The position numbers were made by a program, and so were the translations under genes. The notes below the pieces were generated by a model. The model saw only the letters and a list, made by a program, of their open reading frames with translations, was not told the DNA's origin and did not search any database. Below, piece after piece: positions 25,368 through 38,812 of a stretch of DNA of 64,000 nt. How positions within the stretch are numbered: the first letter of the stretch is position 1; every line of letters begins with the position of its first letter. Source of the DNA: Octopus sinensis (lineage: Eukaryota); assembly GCF_006345805.1 (NCBI RefSeq), contig NC_043006.1:76570001-76634000 (forward strand). The letters run 5' to 3'.

Positions 25368-25750
25368 TGGAAGCACTCCGTCGGTTACGACGACGTGGGT
25401 TCCGGTTGATCCGAATCAACGGACAGCCTGCTCGTGAAATTAACGTGTAAGTGGCTGAGCACTCCACAGACACATGTACCCTTAACGTAGTTCTCGGGGA
25501 TATTCAGCGTGACACAGAGAGTGACAAGGCCGGCCCTTTGAAATACAGGTACAACAGAAACAGGAAGTAAGAGTGAGAGAAAGTTGTGGTGAAAGAGTAC
25601 AGCAGGGATCACCATCATCCCCTGCCGGAGCCTCGTGGAACTTTTAGGTGTTTTCGCTCATTAAACACTCACAACGCCCGGTCTGGGAATCGAAACCGCG
25701 ATCCTATGACCGCGAGTCCGCTGCCCTAACCCCTGGGCCATTGCGCCTCC
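25368..25750 (-). mobile_element. tRNA(Arg)-like SINE family C (about 385 bp; possibly octopus OR1), full length
   Basis: Head ggaggcgcaatggcccag...ttagggcagcggactcgcgg...ggtttcgattccc; tail cgtcgtcgtaaccgacggagtgcttcca. Confidence 0.9.
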
Positions 25751-25932
25751 ATATGTGAGGAACTACCTCACAGATCATATAGTTGTACGGGCACTGTTTT
25801 ACCATTCCATGGACTACATGTTAAATTAACATCTTTACGTATTGTTAAGCTGCTATAATTTCTCTTTCCCAACGTGACTAGTATTCTACATGCACGTCGC
25901 CCTTCACCAAGTCATTAATTACCGTTGATTAT

Positions 25933-26309
25933 GAATGGCTGTGTGGTAAGTAGCTTGCTAACCAACCACATGGTTCCGGGTTCAGTCCCACTGCGTGGCA
26001 TCTTGGGCAAGTGTCTTCTGCTATAGCCCCGGGCCGACCAATGCCTTGTGAGTGGATTTGGTTGACGGAAACTGAAAGAAGCCTGTCGTATATATGTATA
26101 TATATATATATATGTATGTGTGTGTATATGTTTGTGCGTCTGTGTTTGTCCCCCTAGCATTGCTTGACAACCGATGCTGGTGTGTTTACGTCCCCGTCAC
26201 TTAGCGGTTCGGCAAGAGAGACCGATAGAATAAGTACTGAGCTTACAAAGAATAAGTCCCGAGCACAGCCGCAGTCAAATGACTGAAACAAGTAAAAGAG
26301 TAAAGAGTA
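25933..26309 (+). mobile_element. SINE family B with a deletion of about 30 bp near the 3' end
   Basis: Aligns with 56311-56729; lacks the gggg...tgctcgactaaa...ctccagca segment. Confidence 0.9.
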
Positions 26310-26934
26310 TATAAATAAAATTTGGAGAAAATAATTATTAGGGGTTCAAAACCTTCGTACTAATCTGTTTCCTTGGTTAATAATGATAACAAAATGATGT
26401 GGGCTCCGTGATTGCTGTGTAAATGATTCGGGATATAAACTTTACGTCCCAAAAAGTACTAATTTAAAGTCCTAGTGCCTGAAAATGAATAATGTACCAA
26501 AAATATTGTTTTCAATTAGATTACTACTACACTACATTTAGGCTTGATTGGAGACGTTCCGGTCATAACCTATCCAACACCTATTTACCTATCTACATAC
26601 ATATACATGTTTATATACAAGCACAGTTCTAGAATACTTGTATATACATATACTGTATGGAAGGGGTTATGATTCAAGTTCTATCCTCGTGAAGTACATC
26701 CCGTCACCAAATGCACATGTATAAAAATATATATATATATATATCTTTATATATATATATATATATATATATATTTCATTTTAAGTAAGGCATCCATACT
26801 AAATGAAATTTCTGGTGAATTAAAACTGCAGAATAAGTATATATTAAAACAAAATTGGAAATTTGGTAATTACTTTAATTTCAGGGGAACACGTGTCTCA
26901 TTAGAGCATTTTGAATCTTTTATTTTCATTGTAA

Positions 26935-27085
26935 TTTGAGAGTGGTCACGCTGGGGAATCGCCTTGATAGGTTTTGTCCGGCTCCAGGACAAACTTTTTA
27001 GAGCATAATACTTATTCCATCTGTCTATTTTCCGGACTGCTAATTTACGGAGATGTAAGCACACCAACACCGGTAGTCAAGCGGA
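26935..27085 (-). mobile_element. 3' fragment of an old family B-like SINE
   Basis: tacttattccatctgtctattttccggactgctaatttacggagatgtaagcacaccaacaccggtagtcaagcg. Confidence 0.6.
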
Positions 27086-27092
27086 GTTGAGA

Positions 27093-27228
27093 TCCACCTC
27101 GGCATCCAAAACTCAGAGTTTATATCTTGGCTACCGAATAATAGTCACATATTATTTTACAGATAAATTCCTCTATTTACATAATATTGAGGTCTCTTTC
27201 TTTCTTTTGTTATTTTACCGTTTTTACC
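27093..27228 (+). mobile_element. family D arm
   Basis: tccacctcggcatccaaaactcagagtt...ttattttaccgtttttacc followed by (TA)n. Confidence 0.8.
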
Positions 27229-27282
27229 AATATATATATATATTATATATATATATAATATATATAATATATATATATATAT

Positions 27283-27620
27283 ATTATAAAATCCGTTCTG
27301 TTCTCTGTGTGTGTGTGTCTTCTAGTTTCTCGGGCATCCTCCATCCGATTGCGCTCAAATTTGATATGTAGATACTGACGGTATTAAGGCGTGTATTAGT
27401 CTTGAAAAAATTACAAAAATCGATTCCAGGTGAGAATGCGATCGATAAAGCCGTGGGAATGTGCATTTGTACGCGCAAGTACATCAGCTATTGCAATCGA
27501 TACTACGCGTACGCGCGAAAAATGCACGTGCAGTTTGCGCAAAAAAAATCCGGCTGGCTTGAAATAATACCACAAAATGCAGTTTATTTAAGAGATCAAA
27601 AATGTAAGATGCAAAAGAAA
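27283..27620 (+). mobile_element. DINE-1/Helentron-like non-autonomous element
   Basis: ataaaatccgttctgt + (GT)n + ccgattgcgctcaaatttgat architecture. Confidence 0.45.
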
Positions 27621-28489
27621 TATTTTCTTCAAACTTGGCATGAACGAAGGAAAAGACTATTTGGTTTCTCAAGAAGTTTTTATTTTTTGCCTTAACTTCG
27701 TTTAACAAAACCTAAAACTTTATTGAAATAAAGGCACCTTTAACTTTCTCTGTTTTAAACTTTAAACATACTTACGAGCATACACATATGGACAGAAACT
27801 CAAACATATAAACACAAAAATACACACACACACACACTCACACAAACAAACACACACACACAAACACACACACACACATCACCTACGCATATAATTATTT
27901 AAGAGAAAAGTTCGCTGAGAAGATAGATTTCCAGGCAGTTAGTGTAAGAGCAGATTTACAAACGATATAGATCGTTCTTCTATGTCAAGTAGGTTACAGT
28001 CATAGGACAGTTTGTAATAATTTATTCCACTTAAAAAACAAGAAACATACAACCGGATTCGCTAAAACTAAAACAACAGAAAACACGCTTCCACTAAATA
28101 TCGATTTTAAATCAACGAACTGTTTGTGTAACATGTTCCAAATCCAAAGATTTCGTTCCATCTGTATTCATGTCTTCATATATATTCTGTAGGTTTGGCA
28201 CAATAAATAATGTAATTTCTGTTTCGTCGTAGAAACATCCAATACAATACTAAGCGACATGCTTAGTACAAATTATACTTTATATTACTTATCGAAATCC
28301 TGATTATAAGATAAATCTAAATTGACAGATAACATTCACACACACGCACCAATACACACACACACACATATATGCAGGTGTGTGTCTGTGCCTGTGTGTG
28401 TATGTGTGTATGTGCGTGTACATGTGTCTGTGCGTGGGGACAATGGTCGAGACAGTAATATTTACATAATATGGTAAAGCTTTTGGTAA

Positions 28490-28770
28490 TTCACCTCCTA
28501 GTGGTTCATGAACCGACTTCAAACAAAAAAGTTTACACCACCTCTGCCAATATTTTGGTGCTTCAAGTCACGTAAACGGCAAAGATTGGTTCGATGAAAA
28601 TATTCCAGAAATATCTAAACTCTTGGACATCAAACATAAATTACATGAGAAATTGCTTAATTCTAATTTATCCGGAAAGGAACATTTGAAGACAAGAATT
28701 TTGCTGAACTACCATAAATCAAAATTTAACGAACGGTAGGGATGACGAATAACGTGTGGCAGTTGAGCAT
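28490..28770 (+). mobile_element. RTE-clade LINE ORF2 linker fragment
   Basis: DWFDENIPEISKLLDIKHKLHEKLLN from 28584. Confidence 0.65.
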
Positions 28771-28922
28771 ATTCATAGCTATTCCTGTGGTCTTTGAAAA
28801 AAAAATGTTTATATAAGAACAAATGTTTATATAAGACCTTCTTAAAACATTAGCTTCATGCTAATGCACTACTGCTCCTTTCAATTCCAATGATGTATTA
28901 GAGAACAATGATCAATGATACA

Positions 28923-29161
28923 GGGCGGTGAGCGTCGAGCTCGTAGAATCGTTAGCACGCCGAGCGAAATGCTTAGCAGTATTTCGTCTGCCGTTACGTT
29001 TTGAGTTCAAATTCCGCCGGGGTCGACTTTGCCTTTCATCCTTTCGGAGTCGATAAATAAAGCACCAGTTTCGCACTGAGGTCGATGTAATCGACTTTAT
29101 CCGTTTTTCTGTCCTTGCTTGTCCCCTCTATGTTTAGCCCCTTGTGGGCAATAACGAAATA
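28923..29161 (+). mobile_element. SINE family A, full length
   Basis: Aligns with other family A copies. Confidence 0.9.
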
Positions 29162-31075
29162 GATACAGGACGTATTCTGAAACCATGAACAGCGCATTCA
29201 TAGATATTTTTAATAGTCAAACTACAATATATGAGACTATTATAAAAAAAAAAAAACTTTACGACGTCCTGTAATCTTAAAATTGTAATATTGAAATAGA
29301 AATCAAAATTATCATTAAACAAATCAGTCCTCAAAAGTCTCCTGGAATTGCTGATATCGCCGCTGACGTTACTTAGCATAATAAATCTGTAATTGTTAAT
29401 AATGTGTCACACTTCGAATGACTGCGTGTATTTGGTTGTCAGTTCTACCAAAGTGGAAATATGCCGTTCACCAGAAACGGTGTCACGGCAGAGTGAGATA
29501 ACTTTCATTGTATTTCTTTCTGACAATTGGTAATAAATTGGTCAAATGTTCTTTTAAAACTGTAGGCTCCTTCATTATCGCTGACTGTCAACATGGTCTT
29601 GTATTTGATTTATATCAGGAACCACAAATATGACAGACAGCGCAAGACAGGTGAAGAAGAAAGGTGCACAGTGAATACAAATGTACTGCAAAAGGACCCT
29701 GAACAATTTAGAACTCTACTAATATTTTTGATATATTTGTGCGACTGCTCACTAGTACTTTGAATAATGTTATGTCGACATTGCTCCCACCATATTCTGT
29801 GAGCAATTAAACTTCCGCTTAAGTTGCTATCATAATTTGTCAGCCTTTTAAGCAATGGAAACTATATATGTTTGACCACTAATGCATGTAAGGGAAAGTA
29901 TTTGAATTGAATGCTTTCAAATCTAAAAAAAATTTACTCTTTTCTCGCTATTTTCACACAAGATACTCAGAAAAAGACTAAGGAGTGATAATTTGTTGGT
30001 GCTAACGAAATAGCTGTAGACATAATTTATGTTAATTAAAGCATTTGTAATTCCTTTAACTCCAAATATTTCGTGTGTGAATCCAATTAATCTTCACTGA
30101 ATAGACGTGTACCTACAGATTCGAAAGAATTAGTACATCTATGATATAAAATCTTACCTGCTCGTATACCTTAAGAGAATCATTGATGTCAAATTTTCTC
30201 CGATGCTTGTTAATATTTATCCAGCTTTCATTGAAAAGCAAAGACATTTTATTTAATATTACAAAGTATTTTCTGACAGGCTGTCAAATAAAGATGAATC
30301 TTATTCCAAAATGCAATTTTGTACTGCAAACTATTTCTAAGGATTTTAGCCAACTCCGCAAATTATAGACAAATTAAACACTGTGTCTCTGTACATTAAT
30401 CATATTATTGGTAATGATTTAGACACAACAGAATAACTGATAGAAATGTTACGGCGCACACTCGGTAGTCACTTTAATTAATATATTGCTAGCGCGTTGA
30501 TTTAGTTTTGTTTCAGTGTTCTTTGGTAATATAGGATAAAAAAAAACCGAAGCTGGCCCATATTTTATGTAATACATAAAAGTATTCTCCTTGTCTTAAT
30601 ATACAATATCTGCATTCACATATAAAGAGGGGTCAGCCAGATTTGCTTCTAAGCCTGCGTTAAATCATCTTATGAAATGACATAATTCATCTGTTAGATT
30701 TTAATGAAACTGAATACATAATTCTTCCTGGTACTCTTAAACTAGTTACCCAGGCTGTTTATCGATTTTAAGAATTTTTTTTTATTTTCTGACTTTTCGT
30801 CGAAGTTCATTAGTAAATTTTTCATTGTATATTTCAGCTTTATGTTGAGGAATAATTTCATCTTGCCTTTCTGGGTAAATTATCACTTTCGTTTGTATCA
30901 GCCTTTTATACTCGCATGTAACTTTATCCTACAATCCTATTCAACAACGTGAATTCCTAGATTTCTTTTACACTGGCAGCTGGGTAGGATTTTTCAGGGA
31001 TTTCTTGATTCCTCTTTAAGTGCCAAGTAATTGAAATTCAAAGCGATAATATGTGTGTGTGTGTCTGTGAGTATG

Positions 31076-31128
<53 letters not shown>

Positions 31129-31289
31129 GTATGTATGCATGTATGTATGTATGTATGTATGTATGTATGTATGCATACATACGGTATCGATATATGCACA
31201 AAGATACACAACCCATAGTTAAGTTCCAGATTCGGTAACATTGCGAATAAATGGTTCAACGTGGGTTCTATGCCAGTGTGTGTAAATAG

Positions 31290-31445
31290 GAATTTTTTGT
31301 GTTATGAGATCAAAAAACTAAGGCTGTGTAGATATTAATATATTCTATATTAATTAATATTCTAGAAACGGCTGTAAGACCTATCTATAAATTCTCTAAT
31401 ATCTACACAGCCTTGTTTCTTTTAATCTCATTACACCAAAAATTC
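31290..31445. repeat. diverged palindrome (18-bp perfect core arms 31320-31337 and 31397-31414)
   Basis: aaggctgtgtagatatta and taatatctacacagcctt, with imperfect outer arms. Confidence 0.8.
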
Positions 31446-31587
31446 ATATATTCACACGCTCACATAGATATACAAATATAAAGGTAGGTAGGTAAAGTTA
31501 CATCAACATATTTGTGTGTGTGTTTTTGTTTCGCTACATGTGTGTGAGAATTAAAAGTAAACATCACACATACATACATATATATAC

Positions 31588-31618
<31 letters not shown>

Positions 31619-31619
31619 A

Positions 31620-31650
<31 letters not shown>

Positions 31651-32559
31651 ATATATATATATATACATACATATATATATATATATATACATACATACAC
31701 ACACACATATATCTATATATATACATACAAGCATATATATATATAATATATATATATATATATTATATATATATATATATATATACATACAAGCATATAT
31801 ATATATACATATATATATATATATCCCTATATATATATACATGCACATATAAATATATATGCGCTTGTAAGTGTATGTGAATGTAATATATATTAATGTA
31901 TATTAAATGCTTAGAAATATGCATATGTGTGTATATTTGAGTACAAAGAGATAAAGAAAAGGAGAGGGTGAGAAAAGAGTGAATAATTCTGAGTAACTAC
32001 TTGACGGAACTGCCGGATCTCATGAAATCAAATTATTGCGGGAAAATTTCATTCTTTCCACTTCATTTTATTTTCTACTTCTTCCTCTAAGATAATATTA
32101 TACAAAAGATAATGAAGTAATTTTCTGTAAGTTCAATCTTTATTAAAGGTTCTAAAGTTTATGGTTTAATGACACTTGCAGATTTAGAGAAAACTTGGAA
32201 ATCTGATAAAGTGTTTATAGTAATTTGTATGCAGACATTATTGATTTGCGAGAAACAAAAGAGGTAAAACGAAAAAGAGGAAAAAGTAATGAGGCTCAAA
32301 AACGTGCCAACAAGTTATGCACTTCGAATGGTTATTGCCTTGAATGCACGCACTTGAAAAGTCATGACGGTAACATATACGGATTTGTGAAGGACTTATC
32401 GAACTGATGGGCAATTTGTCACGTGCGAAGCCATAACAGTGAAGGATTCTAGACATGTTATGTAACAATAACATATTACCATGATGATATTATAAGTAGA
32501 GAATTGTAATTATTCTCTAATTAATTCAGTTTGCATAATTGATGCTAATATCTTTGGAA

Positions 32560-32782
32560 TGATCTAGCAGAGTCGTTAGGCAAATAGCCATGCCAGGCAA
32601 ATAGCTTAGAGGCATTTTCTCTGTCTCTCCGTTCTAAGGTCAAATTCTGCCGAGGTGGTCTATGCTTATTCAACCCGTTGGAGTCGATAAAATAAGTACC
32701 ATTTTAACAGTGGTGTGGAAGTAATCGAAATTTACCTGCTCCCTCAAAATTCCTAGGCTTGTGCAAAATTTGAAATCAATAT
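32560..32782 (+). mobile_element. old SINE family A variant with an alternative tail
   Basis: ggtcaaattctgccgagg...gtcgataaaataagtacc; tail ctcaaaattcctaggcttgtgcaaaatttgaaat. Confidence 0.7.
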
Positions 32783-33254
32783 CTTTGGAACGGCAACATT
32801 ATATAATAATGATATTTTCGCTTTCCTGTATAGGTTGGATATGTCTACTACAATACAGTGTCTGGTAACAATCTGTGCTTTTGTCAAATTCTTCGTTACA
32901 TTAACATTCCAGGCGTCAGATTTCACTTCATATCTTCTCATATCGTTATTGATATTGATCTATCTCAAATTCCTTCCAATTCTTGTACTATTCTTTTTTT
33001 TTCGTTTTTGTAAATTCCTTTCAACAATACGAAATATTAGTCTGAATCAGATCATTCTAATATTTCGTACAATACATCTGATTCCTCTTACATCTACGTT
33101 TCTCTCAAGTCTATTAAGTTCCCTCTTCAACGGGTAGTGATATTCTACGCGACGAAGCGAATCCTCTGCACAAAACTCCGCAGATTTTGCATAGCTTCCG
33201 CATTTAGTGCCTTGTTTACATCATATGACATAACAATCACTATTCAGTCAACTG

Positions 33255-33455
33255 TCTCTGTGGCAAGAGTCTTGCTTCCCAACCACATGGTTCTGGATTC
33301 AGTGAGAAAGTATCTACTACTATAGACGTGGGTCAACCAAAGACTTGTGAGTGGATTTGGTAGACGGAAACTGAAAGAAGCCCGTCGCATATATATATAT
33401 ATATATTTTCTCTCTAGTTTCAGCTCAGAGCTGCGACCATGCTGATGCACCGCCG
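33255..33455. mobile_element. SINE B head (+) joined through (TA)n to an inverted SINE B tail (-)
   Basis: Head to aagaagcccgtcgca(ta)n, then ctagtttcagc...gcgaccatgctgatgcaccgcc (reverse complement of the tail). Confidence 0.65.
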
Positions 33456-33474
33456 TTTTCCTACGCTGTTATTA

Positions 33475-33623
33475 CTAAGAGTCTCCTCTAATATGGGGCA
33501 TTTGGTAAAGAATGGAGTTTGATATAGCTACCCTCATTTGCCCCTCTTGCCATGAGGTAGGTTCATCTGGGACTCTCGATAGGAAGAGTTCCACCTTTGA
33601 TTTAAAAACCCCTACATCTACTT

Positions 33624-33625
<2 letters not shown>
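33475..33625 (-). mobile_element. CR1-like LINE ORF2 C-terminal end
   Basis: [42 protein letters not shown], matching the FK..LD.FL..VPDEP-type CR1 ending. Confidence 0.7.
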
Positions 33626-33664
<39 letters not shown>

Positions 33665-33751
33665 ATAGATAGATAGATATCGATATGATATATTACATAT
33701 ATATGTATATAAATATATACACAAACGCACAAAACACACACACACACACAC

Positions 33752-33858
<107 letters not shown>

Positions 33859-33864
33859 AGCGCA

Positions 33865-34370
<506 letters not shown>

Positions 34371-34968
34371 ATGATGAGAATAGATACAGATGGAGAGAAA
34401 AAGAGAGAAATAGAGTTTAATTACTACTACAAAAAATATGAGAAAACCTATATCAAGCGTTGTACAACTCTTTCCATAATCGCATATTAGACAATAGTGT
34501 GCAAAATTTAGTTTTATTAAACATGAAACATGGCAGTTAGAGCAAAACAAAATATAGATGCAGCACGGAAGTTTTGTCAGTGAACAGGTCGTGGTCTGAA
34601 AGCATCGAAAACATTTTGGCAAATTAAATTTAAATGTTGAAGCGAATCTAACGGTTTTTGTGTATGTTTCTGAAATGGCTTATAAACACCTTCCACGCTG
34701 CAATTGCTTTCATTCTAGCACACAATCTCAGATTAGGTCACTTACTATGAAAGTACATCTCCGTAAAAAATATAGATATGTTACTGATAAATAAATACAA
34801 CCAATAATGAGATGTAATAACTAGCAAACTGTGATTTGTTTTCATATTCTATACAGATAGGTTAACCGCTTAACCAGTCTCTAAATAGTGATAAAAAATC
34901 GAAATCTATGTATGTATGTGTGTATGTATGTGTGTATATGCGTGTATCTATCTATCTATCTATCTATC

Positions 34969-35005
<37 letters not shown>

Positions 35006-35006
<1 letters not shown>

Positions 35007-35292
35007 GCGGCGCAATGACCCAGTGGTTAGGGCAGCGGACTCGCGGTTGTAGTATCGCGGGTTCGATTCCCAGACCGGGTGTTGTGAGTGTTTATTGAGC
35101 GAAAACACCTAAAAGCCCCACGAGGCTCCCTGCTGTACTCTTTCGCCACAACTTTCTCTCTCTGTTTCTTCTGTTGATTTGCTCACTTAGCCAGCAGGGT
35201 GGCGTCATTTGAAGGTTAAATCTATGCGAAGTGCATTGTGACCAGCGATATGTAGCAACATCAGATAGCCTGGTCGGTCACGGTGATAACGT
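35006..35292 (+). mobile_element. SINE family C head with an alternative 3' tail
   Basis: Head matches 25368-25750; tail cacttagccagcagggtggcg...ggtcggtcacggtgata differs. Confidence 0.8.
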
Positions 35293-35719
35293 TGATATAT
35301 ATATATTTATATATATATGCACACACTTGCTCACACACATGCACGCAGATGCATACAAACGCGCGCGCATCAACACACACACTATATGAAGAGAGTAAGA
35401 GAGAGATAGAGAGTGGTAGAGAAATAGAGTTTAATTTCTGCAACAAAGCTATGAGAGAATATATATAAAAGATTATATCATTATTTCTATAAATTCCTAT
35501 AAGACAATATTATGCAACATTTAGATTTATGGTATAGAAATCATGACAGTTGCAGCGAAATAAAATATAGATATGAAACTGACAGGTAAATACAAATAAT
35601 AAATAAGGTAACAAGATGTAATTACTATATAAACAAGTTTAGCAAACTATAACATGTTGACGTATTTTATACAGATATTTCCTCTGCTGAACCAGTCTGT
35701 GAATAGTGATAAAAATTGA

Positions 35720-35720
35720 A

Positions 35721-35768
<48 letters not shown>

Positions 35769-35775
35769 TTCTTTC

Positions 35776-35825
<50 letters not shown>

Positions 35826-35885
35826 CCTCTACCTATCTATCTCTCTACCTATCTCTCTCTCTACCTATCTATCTCTCTCTCTATC

Positions 35886-35939
<54 letters not shown>

Positions 35940-35980
35940 AATCTATCTATCTATCAATCTATCTATCAATCTATCTATCC
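35720..35980. repeat. (TC)n/(TCTA)n microsatellite
   Basis: Direct inspection. Confidence 0.95.
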
Positions 35981-36380
35981 ATGGCACGTGTGAATGACGG
36001 ACCCAGCTTGAGTATAGTCCTGTGAACAAAAAGAAAGAGGAAAAAACGAAAGGGAAAAAGAGCCACTTACGGTTATGTGTTTTATTTTTGCATGACACTT
36101 TTGCTCAAGATTCCCGTAGTCTTTTCCGTAGGCTTTCATATCCAAAGACAAACCTAATTTGTATTCCCTTTTTATATTGACATTTCTGTGATACATGATC
36201 CCTATTGAGCGTCCCCACTTTTTTTTCCCGATACCTTTTGATCGGAATTCGACCGGTTTTTCCATTTCTTCTTCTACAAAACAAAAGCTCTACTTAGTAT
36301 TTTGTCCCTTCTGTGTTCAGCCCTACGTGGCCAATAAAGAAATCTATTTATCTATCTATCTATCTATTCATACACATAAG

Positions 36381-37046
36381 TATTAGGGTGGAGTGAAAAT
36401 AAAAATCTGTAGAAACTGAAAATGCCTGAGAGCCAAAACGTTGCAATCTTTAATTACTAGAAACGTGCCAAACTTACGCTGAACTCAATTAAGGTCATTT
36501 ACTCCTTCAAGCCCTCTAAACTCAGAAAATGAGGGATAGTTTTTTTTTTTTTTTTAATACAGCAGAGTTTGGGGGTTTGATGGAGTAAAAGCGAAAATTT
36601 AGCATTTGTCTAGTAATAATATTAACAAAATTTTAGGCCTCAGACATTTTCAATTTTTACAGTTTTTTTTATCTTCACTCAACCCTACCATACATGCATG
36701 TGCGTGCGGATATTTGGATTGTGTAATCTAGAGTGGGGGGAATAAGAAAACTGTAGAAATTGAAAATGCCTGAGACCTAAAGTTTTGCTACATATCATTA
36801 GAAAAATGCTAAATTTTTGCTTAGATCAGTGAAGGGCATTTACTCCCTCAACCTCCAAAAAACTCTGCTTTTGTAAAAATTTTACAAAAACACCCCATTT
36901 TCGCAGTTTCGGGGACTTTGGAGAGTAAATGCCCTTGATTGAACTCAGCGAAAATTTAGCACTTTTCTAGAATTCAAATATATTAACATTTTAGCCCTCA
37001 GGTATTTTCAATTTTTACAATTTTTCATTTTCACTCCACCCTAATA
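36381..37046. mobile_element. compound MITE: two inverted ~310-bp units with perfect outer 20-bp inverted ends
   Basis: tattagggtggagtgaaaat and attttcactccaccctaata are exact inverted copies; units 36381-36690 and 36728-37046. Confidence 0.85.
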
Positions 37047-37315
37047 TACATATATATTTAATATATATGTATATTAGGGACTTCAAAGCTCCGCTACGGT
37101 TATCGGCTACATATGCTCTCAGAGATTAGGAAATTCTCCTTTTGCAGGATATACATGTGGAAATGTGTTAGTGTATACAGAATTCGTAGAAAAGTTTAGT
37201 AAAAAACATGAAACGCCAATTTTTTCTCTCCATTACCAGCAACTTTTACTTACTGAATTTTTCATATTATGCATATAATTTTTCCATATAAAATTAGTTT
37301 CTGAGATTTCTATAT

Positions 37316-37765
37316 TATACCTGGAGCGAAGGAAAAGCAGCATTGAGGCCAACATCCTGAAACATCGTCTGAGATGGGCGGGAAACGTAGCAAGAATGTA
37401 CGAGACCAGTCTGCCTCGTAAAATTTGACTCTGTAGCTGTCACCTCCGTCGATAAAAGTACCACCTAAAACTGACTGGAATCGGTCCAAAACTCTGGGAT
37501 ATTGAAACTGTAGACCCGCTGGCATCATTCCATCTCCACTGTGACAGATCATTTTGAAGCTGAACGAGAGAGGAAAGAAGTGAAACGACAAGAAAGCAAA
37601 TGGTGACTGCAACAACCAAAGCCTCCATTACGGATCGTTTGTAAACTTGGCAATAGAGACTTCCATCCAAGAATCGACCTGTTTAGTCATCAAAGGCATA
37701 AACACGGACAGAGGTCAAGAGGTCAAATATATTATCGGACATACAATGAAGCGCCGCTGACGACA
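37316..37765 (+). mobile_element. RTE/BovB-type LINE 3' fragment
   Basis: SSIEANILKHRLRWAGNVARMYETSLPRKI and terminal CKLGNRDFHPRIDLFSHQRHKH. Confidence 0.8.
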
Positions 37766-37914
37766 TGTTATACAAATGTGATCCGGTGGTAGTTGTACTC
37801 ACACATCATCAGGTGAGTGGTTTTGAGCCTCAGTACACAGCTGCGGCTGGATTATATTTATATGATATTCATATAGTAATGTATTGTAATATAGAAAAGT
37901 TAGAAACTACAGAT

Positions 37915-37968
37915 ATATATTTATATCTATATCTATCGATCTATCTATCTATATCTATCTATCTATCA

Positions 37969-37999
<31 letters not shown>

Positions 38000-38015
38000 A
38001 ATCTATTTATCTATC

Positions 38016-38046
<31 letters not shown>

Positions 38047-38051
38047 TAATC

Positions 38052-38135
<84 letters not shown>
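37915..38135. repeat. (TCTA)n(TA)n microsatellite
   Basis: Direct inspection. Confidence 0.95.
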
Positions 38136-38140
<5 letters not shown>

Positions 38141-38812
38141 AGTAAAAAGTGACAAACGTTTTGAACCATGAAGAATTTGGAATTTGTACCGGATTTTTGC
38201 AGCTTTGAAATTTTTGAAAATTTTCTTTTACTATTTTCAGATAACACAGACAGAGCCCTGTTCAACTGCATCAATAAATTAACATTGATATTTTTTTTTC
38301 AATATTTTTATAGTTATCAGGAATGGAACTGTCAAAGAGCGATATGCGTGCAATTTTGCAATTCAACTTCAGAAAAGGTGTAAAAGCAACTGAAACTGCA
38401 CGCAATATCAATGATAGGCTTGATGAGGAAACGATCAGTGGGTGGTCACCTCGAAAATGGTTTAAACGATTTCGCATCTAGGACCTGAGCCTTGACGCTA
38501 GTCAGCATAGTGGACGGCCATCTGTCATCGATAGCAGTTAATTAAAGGCCGTCATTGAAATATATCCCCGTAAAGTCACACGAGAACTGGTAAAAGAACG
38601 TCAAATTAGTCAGAAAACTGCCTGCAACCATTTGCATGCAAACGGAAAATCAAAAGTGCTCGACAAATGGGTACCACACAATTTGAATAAATATCAGAAA
38701 ATGCACAGATATATAATTTGCTCGTCGCAACTTCTCTGTAACCAGAACGATCAATTTCTCGATCATATTGTAACTTGCGATGAAAATTGGATTCTGAATA
38801 ATAAAACGATCG
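38135..38812 (+). mobile_element. mariner transposase 5' half (pseudogene)
   Basis: ATG at 38323: MELSKSDMRAILQFNFRKGVKATETARNIN...HSGRPS...LDKWVPHNL...FLDHIVTCDENWI, with two in-frame stops. Confidence 0.9.

Noticed and set aside
25680-25750. tRNA-like sequences (also at 35006, 51955, 56311, 57968, 58900)
   Set aside because: They are SINE heads continuing into family-specific bodies, with no proper acceptor stem or Pol III terminator
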